From Octopus vulgaris (lineage: Eukaryota), in assembly GCA_951406725.2 (NCBI GenBank), contig OX597815.1, positions 7,068,001-7,132,000 of the forward strand: a stretch of 64,000 nt of DNA, in the 5' to 3' direction. Below, one piece after another: positions 24,581 through 37,874 of this stretch (its first letter is position 1; each line of letters starts with the position of its first letter). The notes below the pieces were generated by a model. The model did not search any database. It worked only from the letters and a program-made list of their open reading frames with translations, and had not been told where the DNA came from. Made by a program: the position numbers and the translations under genes.

Positions 24581-26229
24581 CCTTTCGAAAAATTAAACTA
24601 CGTTAAACAAACGAATTACAAATTTATCAAAAAAGCCAAGTGAAAATAATGTTTTCTTTTGACACATTCTACCAGTATACGAAGTTTCAAATTGTTTGGT
24701 TAACTAGAAATTGTGTTGAATTCCGTCTATCAAAAGGAAAAGATCCGTTCTTTAATGGTGTGGCTCTTTTCAAGATAGTCAATAAAAACAATGCCTTTTG
24801 CATCCCCTAAAACTCAGGCTATCACCTCCCTTGCAGATAAAATGACCGTAGCCTTCTTTGGAGCAGGCGAGGAAGGGTTGTTTCCACTGCATGTATCGCC
24901 TCTTTGGCTCAACGTGTGGAATCCATCGCTCATCATGGGTTTAGAAACGTCCGAGAAAACCAACTGGATCCACCTGAAACAATGTCAGACTTTGCCCTGC
25001 TGTAATCAGCCAGGTGATATTAGGTGTGTGTATTTATGTGTTCTTTCATTCTTTTACTTGTTTCAGTCATCTGTCTGAGGCCATGCTGGAGCACTGCCTT
25101 TAGTCGAAGAAATCGACCCCAGGACTTGTTCTTTGTGAGCCTACAGTTGCAGTCGTTCGTTTAACTGTACCCCCAGGTGTAATAATGTTAATGGCATGAC
25201 CGTCGTTGATCCCTGTAGGCCAACTCAAGTACCTTCTGCAGTGCTTTTGAAGAGTGTCTCAACAAAGTCAAGTCCTTTTTCTAAAAGCACACATTTTTGG
25301 GAGCATATTAAATGATGGCTTCAACCTCTACGTGATACAAAAATATCACCAGAACGAAAGGAGAGCTACGTGGTGAGTATTGACAAGATTCAAGCCAAAG
25401 AGAGAGAGAGGGGGGGAGAAGCAGAGAAAAAGAGAGAGAGAGATGTGAGAATTCTTATGTAGATGTATAGTAAGCATTTCAAAAATGATTTCAATCATCC
25501 ATTGGCTGCTATTTCTAGCAGGTCAGTGACAACATAACCATTAAAAGTTTTTCCTATCGAGTTGTACAGCAAGAGTTGTTCCCCTTGCCTTCAGTTCTTT
25601 CGACGAAAAAAGAATTTGTTAAGTATTGGAGTCGATGCAATCGACTTATACGCCCCCTCCCCCCTGAAGTTGCTGGCTTTGTGCCAAAATTCGAAATCAA
25701 TAAATTTATGTAGACTGAAGTCGGACAAAGTGTTTAGCGGTTTTTCGTCTGCCGTTACGTTCTGAGTTCAAATTCCGCCGAGGTTGATTTGGCTTTTCAT
25801 CCTTTCGGGCTCGCTTAAAATAAGTACCAGTTGTTTACTGGGGATCGATGTGATCGACTAAACCCATCCCCTGAAACTGCTGGCCTGGTGTCAAACCTTG
25901 AAACCAATATATTAATGTAGATTGAGTGTGCGTAGACAACACGTCCGCGCACGCGCATATAAATATAAATATAAATATAAATATCCTATCGACAACTGTG
26001 ATTGTCACACGCTGATGATAGGTCAATACCTTGAAACTCGGGTCCGTGTGTATCATAAGTTGAAGACGGGAAGGATGGCTTCCCTTTGCAAATACTGATA
26101 GGGCACAGAAAGTGTGTCTATAGCCAGCTGGAGAAGATGTTCTCCTGGGGCTACAAGCTACAGTAGCATCCACCCTTAGGGGTTAGCCATATTCAAACGG
26201 CATATTTACATCACGATAAAAATAAATAA

Positions 26230-26293
<64 letters not shown>

Positions 26294-26325
26294 TTTATTT
26301 AAAGCAGCAGAAAATTCAACAAAAC

Positions 26326-26363
26326 CTGTTACTCTGAGTTTCCCGTTGCTGTTCGTCGGACAG
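26326..26363 (-). ncRNA. Hammerhead-like motif with CCGACGA core variant
   Basis: ctgt-CCGACGA-acagcaacgg-GAAA-ctcaga-GTA-acag; 4-bp stem I, near-palindromic stem III. Confidence 0.5.
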
Positions 26364-27149
26364 TTTTTGCAAGCAAATTAAACTACGTTAAACTTACAAA
26401 TTACAATTTTGTTTTCAATTTTGTTTACAATAATGTTTTCTTTTGACACATTCTACCAGTATACGAAGTTTCAAATTGCTTAGTTAACTAGAAAATTCCG
26501 TCCATCAAAAGGAAAAGGTCCATATAGGATATATATATATATATATATATATGGTGGTATTTAGGCTGCCGATTCGCCCAGAGGAAGGAAATGTTTATAT
26601 TGCGAATCAAGGAATAAATATTTATACTGTTGAAGTTAACGGAAAATCTTGACTCTTTCCTTCAATTAATATTTAATGTAAAGGATGCGAGCAGCACCCA
26701 TCCAGTGCGGGGGATCTCTCATCCTGTTACATAATGGTAGCAGATGGTAGTGACAACAGATGGAGAAGATGATGGTTGTATGGACGAATGATGGTAGAGA
26801 CATTAGATGATAGGGGTGTGGGTCTGTAACATCATCATCGTCGTTGTCGTCATCATCATCTTCATCATCATCCATCACCACCACCATCATCATCATCACC
26901 ACCACCACCACCATCAACACCATCACCATCATCAACACCATCTGCTAAGAATTGCTGTTTAGACTCTGGTAGATGCCAGGATCAGTGGTGCCAGAAAAAG
27001 TGGTCTCACTTCGGAGGGGAGGGGTAGTTGGAGATAGGGTGAGAGAGAGGGATAGAGGGGGAGAGGAGAGAGAGGAACGGGGAGAAAGAGTAGGAGAAAG
27101 AACAAGAGAAAGGAGATAGGGAGACAGAACTGGACTTAACTCTTAATTC

Positions 27150-27191
<42 letters not shown>

Positions 27192-28640
27192 CAGGTGGGG
27201 TGGTGGTGTCAGTGAGGTAAGTAACGGTCAAGTACTGATTACAATGACTGACCCCTGTTATATGTGATTTTGTACCCAAGAGAGAAATCACCTATTACTG
27301 TCCCCCCCCCCCCACACACTTTCAAAAGTAGAAAACATCTCTTCTCTCAGCCAAACGAAGCACTAAAGACAAAAAGAGAGAGGGAGAAGAGAGGAGTAGT
27401 TGGAGATAGGGTGAGAGAGAGGGATAGAGGGGGAGAGGAGAGAGAAGGACGGGGAGAAGGAGTAGGAGAAAGAGAACGGGAGAAAGAACAAGAGAAAGGA
27501 GATAGGGAGACAGAAAGGTAGGAAGAAGGGGGAGAAAGAAAGAGCGAAAGAAAGACAGGGAGATAAGGAGAGAGAGAGAGAGAGCAAGCAGAAGATTGAG
27601 AACTCTTTTACTTGTTTCAGTAATTTGACTGTGGCCATGCTGGAGCACCGCCTTTAGTCGAGCAAATCGACCCCAGAACTTATTCTTTGTAAGCCTTGTA
27701 CTTATTCTATCGTTCTCTTTTGCTGAACCGCAAAGTGACGGGGACGTAAACACACCACCATTGGTTGTCAAGCGATGTTGGTGGGAGGGGGGACAAACAC
27801 AAACATATACACACATATATACAACGGGCTTCTTTCAGTTTCCGTCTACCAAATCCACTCACAAGGCTTTGGTCGAACCGAGGCTATAGTAGAAGACACT
27901 TGCCCAAGGTGCCACGCAGTGGGAATGAACCCGGAACCATGTGGTTGGTTAGCAAGCTACTTACCACACAGCCACCCCTGCGCCTGTTTTTTTTTCTTTT
28001 TCTTGCTTAGACTTAGAAGAAGGTCTATCAGGAAGAGACTGTTGCCTTCTGAAGCCCTTCTTGACCTGTGAGATTGATGTCATTAACGTTCCTTTTGAAC
28101 TTTTGTAAGTTTACACTCGCAGGAAAGACGGGAACAGAGGCGGGGAGTTAGAGAGGGTTGACGTTCTGGGAAAGAATGATTGAGTGGAGGGATCAATGCA
28201 GTATCTGGAGTGGGTTGGACATACCAAAGATTATGAGAAGAGGAGGGGGACGCAACCAACTCCAAAGAGCAGAGGTTATAACAGAGGCGAAAGTTAAAAA
28301 ACAGGTAGGAGGAAATCGTACATTTGTGGGCCCCAAACTGCAGCTTGTTAATTAGTGACTTTATGCTAATTAGTTGTGTGGAGACTTTTTCAAAGACTAA
28401 AGGAGACTAAAAATAATACAGAGAAATAGAGAAAGGTAGAGAGAGATAAAGAAAAAGATTAAGATGCAAATAGCAAGAGTGGCTGTGTGGTAAGTAGCTT
28501 GCTAACCAACCACATGGTTCCGGGTTCAGTCCCACTGCGTGACATCTTGGGCAAGTGTCTTCTGCTATAGCCTCGGGCCGACCAAAGCCTTGTTAGTGGA
28601 TTTGGTAGACGGAAACTGAAAGAAGCCTGTCGTATATATG

Positions 28641-28675
<35 letters not shown>

Positions 28676-29099
28676 TTGTGTGTCTGTGTTTGACAACCGA
28701 TGCTGGTGTGTTTACGTCCCCGTATCTTAGCGGTTCGGCAAAGAGAGAAACCGATAGAATAAGTACTGGGCTTACAAAGAATAAGTCCCTGGGTCGATTT
28801 GCTCGACTAAAAGGTGGTGCTCCAGCATGGCCGCAGTCAAAATGACTGAAACAAGTAAAAGAGTAAAAGAGTAAAGAGTGTAAGAGACAAAGAGAAAGAA
28901 AATAAGAAAGAGACAAAGAAACAGTGGGAGAGATAGAGAGAGAGAGAGGTTGTGAGAGAGAAAGAGAGAGAGAGAGAGAGTAAAAGAAAAAGCGAGTAAA
29001 AAGTTAAAGAAGCATGAAAATCAGAGGATAAAGCGGCAATTAAGTGGAATGTTGGATACGAAAGTGTGGCTGCGAAAGCCGGCTTCGTTTTTTAAAAAA

Positions 29100-29156
29100 A
29101 TGGCAGCGATGACGGCGAATGCTGAGTTGGGTTCCAGCATGAATTTCACCTCTCAG
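29100..29156 (+). CDS. INTS5: Integrator complex subunit 5, exon 1
   Basis: aaaATGG start context; MAAMTANAELGSSMNFTSQ; CAG|gtaaat donor; phase 0 fits exon 2. Confidence 0.75.
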
Positions 29157-29620
29157 GTAAATACCACCTCTTTCGGTTCAAGACAGTCCATACAGATGCA
29201 ATATTTGTATTGATCTATACGATCGTATCCCACTTTTCCTCTTCCGTTCGTTTGTAGTTCCACTATTTGTCCGTATCCATCGTGTTTGTGGCGATTCTCT
29301 TCCTGTCATTGTGTTCCGTGATATCGACATCTCTTCTTCCTCTCTCCTCTCTTTTCTCTTTCTCTCCTCTCTCACACACACACACACACACGTATATCTG
29401 TGTATCTAATCACATACATGCCATCAGATATATAGATGCGTGAATGCACACACACACACACACACACGTATTGGCAGAATCGGTAGACCGTCTGACAAAA
29501 TGCCCCGTGGGTAGGTATTTAAGGCAGTTCCTTCACGTTCTGAGTTCAAATCCCGCCGAGATCAACTTTGCTTTTTCATTGTTCGGCAGAGGAGTGGTCA
29601 AGTACGAAAGTCGATTTTTA

Positions 29621-29992
29621 GGCGATCTTTCGTCTCCAGTAGACCTTTCCGTCGATTTCCGTAAAAATTTTTTTTTTTTTTTACATATGGGCTTGCGGGA
29701 ACTTTTGAAGTAATATACATACATATACACATACACCGAGTAAAAAATTTCAGTTATCTTTTCTTTCACACATTACTCTGTCTCCCACACCCCATCAAAC
29801 ACACACACACACACATGTACAGCAATGCTTCCCCTGGACGGTAACTTCAAAAGAACTTCCCTCGTCATACAATCGCTTTCTCTTAGTCTCTTTCGCTCTC
29901 ATTACTTCAAAAGTTCCCGCAAGCCCATATGTAAAAAAAAAAATTTTTTTACGGAAATCGACGGAAAGGTCTACTAGAGACGAAAGATTGCC
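29621..29992. mobile_element. MITE with about 93-bp TIRs in INTS5 intron 1
   Basis: GGCGATCTTTCG...GAAGTAAT (29621-29714) is the inverse of ATTACTTC...CGAAAGATTGCC (29901-29992). Confidence 0.75.
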
Positions 29993-30129
29993 AACTTTGC
30001 TTTTTCATTGTTCGGTAGAGGAGTGGTCAAGTACGAAAGTCGATTTTTTAAAATACTTTCTAAATGTGAATGGAATTATATAATGGAAAAAATTCTTGCA
30101 TGTGAACACACACACACACACGCAAAAAG

Positions 30130-30775
30130 TAATTATGAGTTTATTGTATACATTGCTCAGGTACTCTACAACTCGCTGCAAAAGTCACAGTGCACAAAAA
30201 ACCCCCCACAAAATGACAGAAAAGTGAACAGTAAAAGAGCCGGGAATAGTGTTGGCAATTTTGGGAAGCATGGAATTTTTGAAGGATACTGTGTCCTGAC
30301 AGCTAACAACTGATGCAGGTAGTTTATTCCAGGCTTCGAAAATTCCGAGCGTGAAAAAATGTTTCCAAAAGACACGGATGTTGCACTTTTTTTTGATAGA
30401 GGTATTGAATTCCGAAAGGTAGCCCAAAGTTGTTGGAAATATGGTGGATAATCTTGTTGGCTTCTTCTAAGTCAGCTGTTAGATGTTGAACTTTCAATGT
30501 ATTGATGTCCAGACAAGCAATATAAAATAATAATAGATAAATAATGAAATTATTGTATACAGTGCTCAGGTGCAGCACAACTTGTCAAAAGTGCGTATAA
30601 AGTATATGCAGTAATGTAAAAATGTCTGGAAAGCGAACAATGTATGAGTCAGATACATGCCTGTGTGTGTATGGAGGGGAGAAAATCAGGTGTGGTGTTG
30701 GCGAATCTCAGAGAGCATGGAAGTTTTGAAGGATGCAGTGCTCCGACAATGAACAACTGATGCCGGCAGTTTATA
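30130..30775 (-). mobile_element. Two CR1-type 3' fragments
   Basis: KHFFTLGIFEAWNKLPASVVSC and the matching 3'UTR. Confidence 0.7.
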
Positions 30776-30809
30776 GATATGGTGACTGATAGAGAGTATT
30801 TGTCTATAT

Positions 30810-31010
30810 CAGTGGTTTTCAACCAGGGTTCTGCCAGTACAGTCCAGGGGTTCCGCAAGAAGTTACAAAACTACTAAAATCGGCAGTAATTTTTAATTCT
30901 CCTGTGCAGATATGTGTGCATAAGACTATTAAATTACTGCACAGGGGTTCCCTGAGCCAGTGGAATGTTTTCTTGGGGTTCCGCTCCAGCAAAAAGTTTG
31001 AAAAGCACTG
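30810..31010. mobile_element. hAT (Charlie-like) MITE
   Basis: CAGTGGTTTTCAAC...TTGAAAAGCACTG; 8-bp TSD gtctatat/gtctagat. Confidence 0.75.
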
Positions 31011-31639
31011 GTCTAGATGTACGTCTCTGGACAGTTTCCAGCAGATTGATATTCTGGACAAGGTGGGGGATTCCAGAGTGCAGATGCAGACTCTGTGGAT
31101 GTACCATAGCCATAACTAGTTTTAAATAGCTGGTGAGTGGCTGACAGAAGTCTTATTCAATGGCTATTTTCATCATCGGTGTTTAAAATCTAGGTTTTGT
31201 CCTCGTTAACAGGGGTGGCTGGATCTACCTCAATGCCTTAGCAGCTGAGGTAGGCAGGTGCAGCCCACCCCTACCTTTGGACTGGCTGGTGCCCATTCCC
31301 CTTTGCTATCATGAGACTTTTTTGGAGCTGGACTTTCTATGGGGAGCATGCCCTTGCTTACCCCAAAACTTTAGACATGAGTAGTCTGAAGACCAAGGGC
31401 TCTACCATGATTTTTAAGAAATGTGGAAAACTAGCACAGCAAAGCAGGGATGCCACTCCCTGAGACCCCTTTCGGAGCTCCCCTACCTAATGGCTTTTTG
31501 CTGATTTTTAGAAATGAGGTTCACCCAGTGAAGATCATTGTTGACCAGGAGACTTCCTACAGTTAGTGTTGTGAAGGGGGATAGATAAGTTTGAGGTTTT
31601 CCCTCCCAAAATGTATAGTGGTGCACTGTGTCCAGGTTA

Positions 31640-31810
31640 GATTGCAGGAAAGATCGATAGAGTATAGGTTCCATTCTGTTTTTGTGTTTTCCTCGAAGAC
31701 AGCTTAATGCCCTCTGCATATTTTAACACAATAATGTGCTTCAAGTTAGCCTTTATTACATTCATGTATGCAACAAACAACAGGGGACCTAAAAGAGTTC
31801 CCTGCAGATC
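31640..31810 (-). mobile_element. Degenerate non-LTR reverse transcriptase fragment
   Basis: QGTLLGPLLFVAYMN...LKYAEG, resembling the QG..LGPLLF...YADD motifs. Confidence 0.55.
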
Positions 31811-32368
31811 TCTTTTAGGTCTTACCTCAGACAAGGTAAAGTAGAGAACGCTGGAAGAAGATTCTTTGATAAGAGAAAAGATATGAGAGGAGACAGGTAA
31901 GAATGTGTCTGGACTGCACAACAGACTGAAGGAAAATAAAGATGATCATGTGAGGAAAGGAAAGATGGACGATGGTCACATGTGAGCAACGAGAGAGAGA
32001 GATAGACAGATAGAAAACAGTGAAGGGGAGAAAAAGAATTGGAGAAAGGATGAAAGAGAAAACGAAGGGGGGAGAGAGAGAGAGTGGGGAATAGTAAAGG
32101 AAAGAGTCACATCAAATATATTAAGATATTGTGCTCGAGCACAACAAATTACTTTTTCCAAAGGCTGAAACAGCTGTAAAGGATTTTAATGATTTCAATA
32201 ATCTATATTAAAGTTTTTTTAATTGTATTCTTATCTTATATGTATTGAATTTTAATGTATATATGTATGTTGTTATGGTTCTCATTTTGTTAAATAAATA
32301 AGTCAACATTTTAATATCCTAAAGCTGATAAACCAACTAAATTGATTCTCCATTTTCTTATTTGTATA

Positions 32369-32406
<38 letters not shown>

Positions 32407-32450
32407 TCCAACCCATTGCAACATGAAGCGTGGATGTTAAATGACGCTGA

Positions 32451-32489
<39 letters not shown>

Positions 32490-32863
32490 CATACAAGTAT
32501 GTATATATATATATATATATACATACTTGTACACACAGGCAATATGTGTACATACTGACACACACAGGCATCATGTATACACACTGGCAACATTTATACA
32601 TCCGTACCTACACACACAGGCAAAATGTATACACATTTACACACATGCGCAACATGTATATACATATGTACACACACACACACATAGGCATCCTGTATAC
32701 ATGTGTAAACGCAAGGCAACATCTATGCGCACCCGTACACACGCAGACAACACATGTCACATATTCACACAGACACTGACAACACACTCATGCACATACA
32801 CACAATCAAGTTCTTAGCTCTCACAGCCCAATCAATCACCATTCTCCTCTTTCCTTCTGCCAG

Positions 32864-33083
32864 GACATCCTAAATGAGGTTCGGCATTTTCTCCGTGGCA
32901 CTGTCTATGATGGTAAAGTGAACAAAGAAAGCCTAGCGAAATCTGCCTTGTTTCTGCTCCGTACACTCCCGGCTGCCAGGCATGCTGTCCTTGAACATAT
33001 GTGTCACGTTTTTGATGAGGCTGTCATGTTGCACATTCAGCAGCTTGAACGGTCAGCATCTGGTATTGGTCCAGAACATATAG
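32864..33083 (+). CDS. INTS5: INTS5 exon 2
   Basis: DILNEVRHFLRG...LLRTLPAARHAVLEHMCHVFDEAV matches the INTS5 N-terminus (LLRSLPPARAAVLDHL...FDE); polypyrimidine-cag acceptor, gtcagt donor. Confidence 0.93.
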
Positions 33084-33088
33084 GTCAG

Positions 33089-33799
33089 TATTATTATTAT
33101 TATTATTCTATGTTTGACTTTTGCTTTATATTTGTACAGTGAGGGCGCGTGGCTTAGTGGTTAGGGCATTCGGCTCATGATCGTAAGGTTGTGAGTTCGA
33201 TTCCCGGCGACGCGTTGTGTCCTTGAGCAAGACACTTTATTTCACGTTGCTCCAGTCCACTCAGCTGGCAAAAATGAGTTGTACTTGTATTTCAAAGGGT
33301 CAGCCTTGTCACTCTCTGTGTCACGCTGATTATCCCCGAGAACTACGTTAAGGGTACACGTGTCTGTGGAATGCTCAGCCATTTGCACGTTAATTTCACG
33401 AGCAAGCTGTTCCGTTGATCGTATCAGCTGGGACCCTCGTCGTCGTAACCAGCGGAGTCTTTAAAATATTTGTACAAGTTGGCTCCAAGTCTCACCCAGA
33501 GACCTCAAGAGACAACAAGTTGGAAGTTCGTGTTGGTGTTATGCCTAGTGTGCCATATATTTGGTTTTGTATTTAGTGTTGTACTAGTGAATGCCTGAAA
33601 AAAAAATAAAACAAAACAAAAGTTATGTTTGCTTTTAAAACTTGAGGTTACATAGAAAATATTTTGCGTAGGATATGAGCAGTTCCCATGAGCACTATCT
33701 TTTGAATTTCTGCCATTTTGGGGTTTCCTGGTATCTGAGTTAGGTAGCGATCAGCCCCTTTTGCTATCATTCCCAGGGCACCTATGACAACAGGTATTG

Positions 33800-33832
<33 letters not shown>
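33089..33832 (-). mobile_element. R4/Dong-like LINE 3' end flanked by (TTA)n and interrupted by a SINE
   Basis: Minus-strand TIPVVIGALGMIAKGADRYLTQIPGNPKMAEIQKIVLMGTAHILRKIF; a related fragment lies at about 2440-2620. Confidence 0.65.
33140..33465 (+). mobile_element. tRNA-derived SINE with target-site duplication
   Basis: A box TGGCTTAGTGG, B box GAGTTCGATTCCC; TSD ATATTTGTACA on both sides. Confidence 0.8.
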
Positions 33833-34096
33833 GAAGGTGGTGAACTGGCAGAATTGTTAGCATGCTGGGTGAAACGCTAAGCAGTATTTCATCTACCGTT
33901 ACATTCTGAGTTCAAATTCCGCCAAGGTCAACTTTGCCTTACGTTCTTTCAGAGTTGATAAATTAAGTACCACTGAAACACTGGGGTTGATGTAATCGAC
34001 TTAATCCCTTCCCCCAAATTTGAGGTCTTGTGCTTCTAGTAGAAAGGACTGTTATTATTATTATTAATTTATAAAGATTGATGTAACTGATGATGT

Positions 34097-36070
34097 CATC
34101 ATCATCATCATTTAGCGTCCGCTTTCCATGCTAGCATGGGTTGGACGGTTCAACTGGGGTCTGGGAAGCCAGGAGGCTGCACCAGACTCCAGTCTGATCT
34201 GGTAATGTTTCTACAGCTGGATGCCCTTTCTAACGCCAATCACTCCATGAGTGTAGTGGGTGCTTTTTACGTGCCAGACGAGGCTGGCAAACGGCCACGA
34301 TCGGATGGTGCTTTTTATGTGCCACCGGCACGGGGGCCAGGTGAGGCTGGCAACGGCCACGAATAGATGGTGCTTTTTACGTACCAATGCAGAATTCATA
34401 TTTTGAATTTCTGTGTTTCCATGGTTTTATTCATCTTAATTTTGAACACCAGGGGTAGACCAGTTACATGCATCACAACCAGATGTGCGCAACATGGTGA
34501 TCTCATATCAAGATAAACAGCACATGATTTTGCAGGTTGGGCTCAGTTAGAATTTTCTTCAAGTTGCATAGCCCATCCTGCCCAAAAGGTCCCTGATGAA
34601 ATACATCCAGTACACTCTGAAATGGTTGGTATTAGAAATTGCATCCAGCTTTAGAAATGAATGCCAAAAGGGAAATGTATGAACATCATCTGACCCATGC
34701 CAGCATGGAAAACAAATGTTAGATGATGATGAAACAAGATCTGGTCCTCTGATGTGTCTAGGAGTCCAGTCTATGTCAACATAGAAAACAGGTGATGACG
34801 ATGACAATGGTGGTTTAACTAGGCTTACTTATTTTGATCATCATCATCCTCATCGTTTAACGTCCGTTTTCCGCGCTAGCATGGGTTGGACGGTTCGACC
34901 GGGGTCTGGGAAGCCAGGAGGCTGTACCAGGCTCCAGTCTGATCTGGCAGTGTTTCTACAGCTGGATGCCCTTCCTAACGCCAACCACTCTGTGAGTGTA
35001 GTGGGTGCTTTTTACGTGCCACCGGCACAGGGGCCAGACGAGGCTGGCAACAGCCACGATTGGTTGGTGCTTTTTACGTGCCACTGGTACGGACATGTCA
35101 CCTCGATCAGTTTTCAGATCAGGTTCATACTCTCTATTAACCACTTCTCAAGCATGACTTAAAACTCCTTAGCCATTTTGGTACCAACCCACCTGAAACT
35201 GCCCTTATTTTTATTCTACAAATTTGTTTAAAAGCGATCTAAAAACTTTCCATCAAAATTTCATGTTAATTATTGTTCCAAACACCAGCTTAGTAATGAT
35301 GAAGTTATTCTACTAAATTCCTCGTTATTTTCCAAATTAATTGAAACAAAATCAGTGCATGTTGACAGAAATAGGTTAACAAAAAGGTTAAACTGTCTGA
35401 AAAATATAACCAAAAGAAATGTTTGGTTATTGTTTTTGCTGTCATCAACCTTTGAACATTGGACCTGATGGAGGCAAAGTGGCCAAGCTCCTTTTGAGTG
35501 TTGGGCCTCACAGAGGCAATGACCAAAACCTTTGGCATTACGTCATGCTTGAGGAGAAGACGCACCAAGCCAAGTAAAATTGCAGTTGTGGCAGATACCA
35601 GTCTCATGCAAATGACACCCATGTCGGTGGTACATAAAAGCACCCATTACACTGTCGGAGTGGTTGGCGTTAGGAAGGACATCCAGCAATAGAAAATCAT
35701 ACCAAATCAGACTGGAGCCTGGTGCAACCTTCCAGCATGCCAGCCCAGTCAAGCCGTCCAACCCATGCCAGCATGGACATCATCATCATCATCGTTTAAC
35801 ATCTGCTTTCCATGCTAGCATGTGTTGGATGATTTGACTGATGTCTGGCAAACCAGGAGGCTGCACCGAACTGCAATCTTGATCTGGCAGAGTTTCTACA
35901 GCTGGATGCCCTTCCTAACGCCAACCACTCCGAGAGTGTAGTGGGTGCTTTTACATGCCACCGGCATGAGGGCCAGTCAGGCGGTACTGGCAATAGCCAC
36001 GCTCAAATGGTGTTTTTTATGTGCCACCTGCACAGGAGCCAGTCCACGGCACTGGCAACGACCTCGCTCA
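34097..36070. mobile_element. Cluster of RTE 3' fragments in both orientations
   Basis: Copies at about 34097-34385 (-), 34840-35095 (-), 35495-35780 (+), 35780-36070 (-). Confidence 0.7.
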
Positions 36071-36077
36071 AATGTTT

Positions 36078-36144
<67 letters not shown>

Positions 36145-36336
36145 TATATTTATACAGGGTGGGCGAAAATAAGTTTAATATGCTCCAGAATCATCAAAGA
36201 CATGCTTCAATTTTTTCTTAAAATTGAATAAAATAGATAAAATAACGATGAATAAATATTTACTTATTTACAACGGACGTTAAATGATGATGATGTTTAA
36301 TAGAACTAAGCATTGATCTCTCACACTTTATTACAG

Positions 36337-36440
36337 ACGACAGTGCCCGTAGTCTAGAACCAATCATACAAGATGCTTGCAGTGTCCTTTTAAACTTCAT
36401 CAAGAGTAACCCAGTGGCCTGGGCCCCCATCATTTCAGCC
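36337..36440 (+). CDS. INTS5: INTS5 exon 3
   Basis: ...VLLNFIKSNPVAWAPIISA matches FIRANPKAWAPVISA; acag / gtaagt. Confidence 0.93.
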
Positions 36441-37874
36441 GTAAGTGATTTTCTCTTTTTTCTCTTTTTACATTCTGATGAACACCACTTATCTTCTCTC
36501 CACAGTAAAATTCAGTTTATTTGTGATTTCTCATTGTGGATTGTCTTTTAGGTTTAGAGTAAGGAGTATTAATATTAAGTCTTGGGAATATGGGTTCAAA
36601 TTCAGTCAAGGTTGACTTTGACATTCATCCTTCAGGGTTGATAAAATATGTACCTATTTCTTTATTACCCACAAGGGGACAAACAAAGACAGACATAGGT
36701 ATTAAGTCGATTACATCATCCCCAGTGCGTAACTGGTACTTAATTTATCGACCCCCGAAAGGATGAAAGGCAAAGTCGACCTCGGCGGAATTCGTGCTCA
36801 CAACGTAACGACAGACGAAATACAGCTACGCATTTCACCCGATGTGCTAACGATTCTGCCAGCTCGCCGCCTTAATAAAATATGTACCAGTTGAATGCTT
36901 GGGTTGATGTAATCAACTTGCCCCTTACCCTGAAGTTGCTGGTCTTGTGCCAAAATTTGAAATCAATATCAAGTCTTGGGAAGGCGGCAAGCTGGCAGTG
37001 TTGTTAGTGTACCAGGCAAAAAGCTTTAAAGCATTTGATCTGTCTTTACACTCTGAGTCGATTTTGCTTTCATCCCTTTGCGGTTAATAAAGTAAGTACC
37101 AGATGAGCAGGGTGGGGGGGTCAATGTAATCAGTCTCCCCACCAAAAAAATTGCTGGCCTTGTGCTAAAATAAGAAACCAGCATTGTCTTGGAGTTGAAT
37201 GGCTTAACTATGCCCTTTCCATCAAAATGGGTTGTTTATATTCTTTCCTTTTCAAATTAGTTAACTTTATCCCTTTCCTCAAAATTGGGTTAACAATACC
37301 CATTCCTGTAAAAGGCGGCGAGCTGGCAGAATCGTTAGCACACTGGGCGAAATGCTTTGCGATATTTCGTCTGCCGTTACGTTCTGAGTTCAAATTCCGC
37401 CAAGGTCGACTTTGCCTTTCATCCTTTCGGGGTCGATAAATAATGTACCAGTTACGCACTGGGGTTGATGTAATCGACTTAATCCCTTTGTCTGTCCTTG
37501 TTTGTGCCCTCTATGTTTAGCCCCTTTTGGGCAATAAAGAAATATATACCCATTCCTGTAAAATTGGGTTACCCATATATACCCTTTTTTTCCCAGTATT
37601 ATCACTACACAACTCTCATTTCTCCTCACTGCCACACCATACTTCCTACACATCATGTCTTTATTACTAATTAAACCAATTAGAAAGTTAATATTAACAA
37701 TTCTAGAGGCTGCAAGCTGGCAGATTCGTTAGCATGCTGGGCAAAAATGCTTAGCAACATTTCGGTCCATCTTTTATATGTTCTGAACTCAAATTCCACT
37801 GAGGTCTACTCAACCTTCCATCCTTTTAGGGGTCAATACAATCAACTTCGCTGCTCACTTGAAATTGCTGACCT

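Noticed and set aside
33141-33210. tRNA-like sequences (also near 22980, 10415 and 62263)
   Set aside because: A and B boxes are present but there is no acceptor stem, and they continue into SINE bodies, so they are SINE heads
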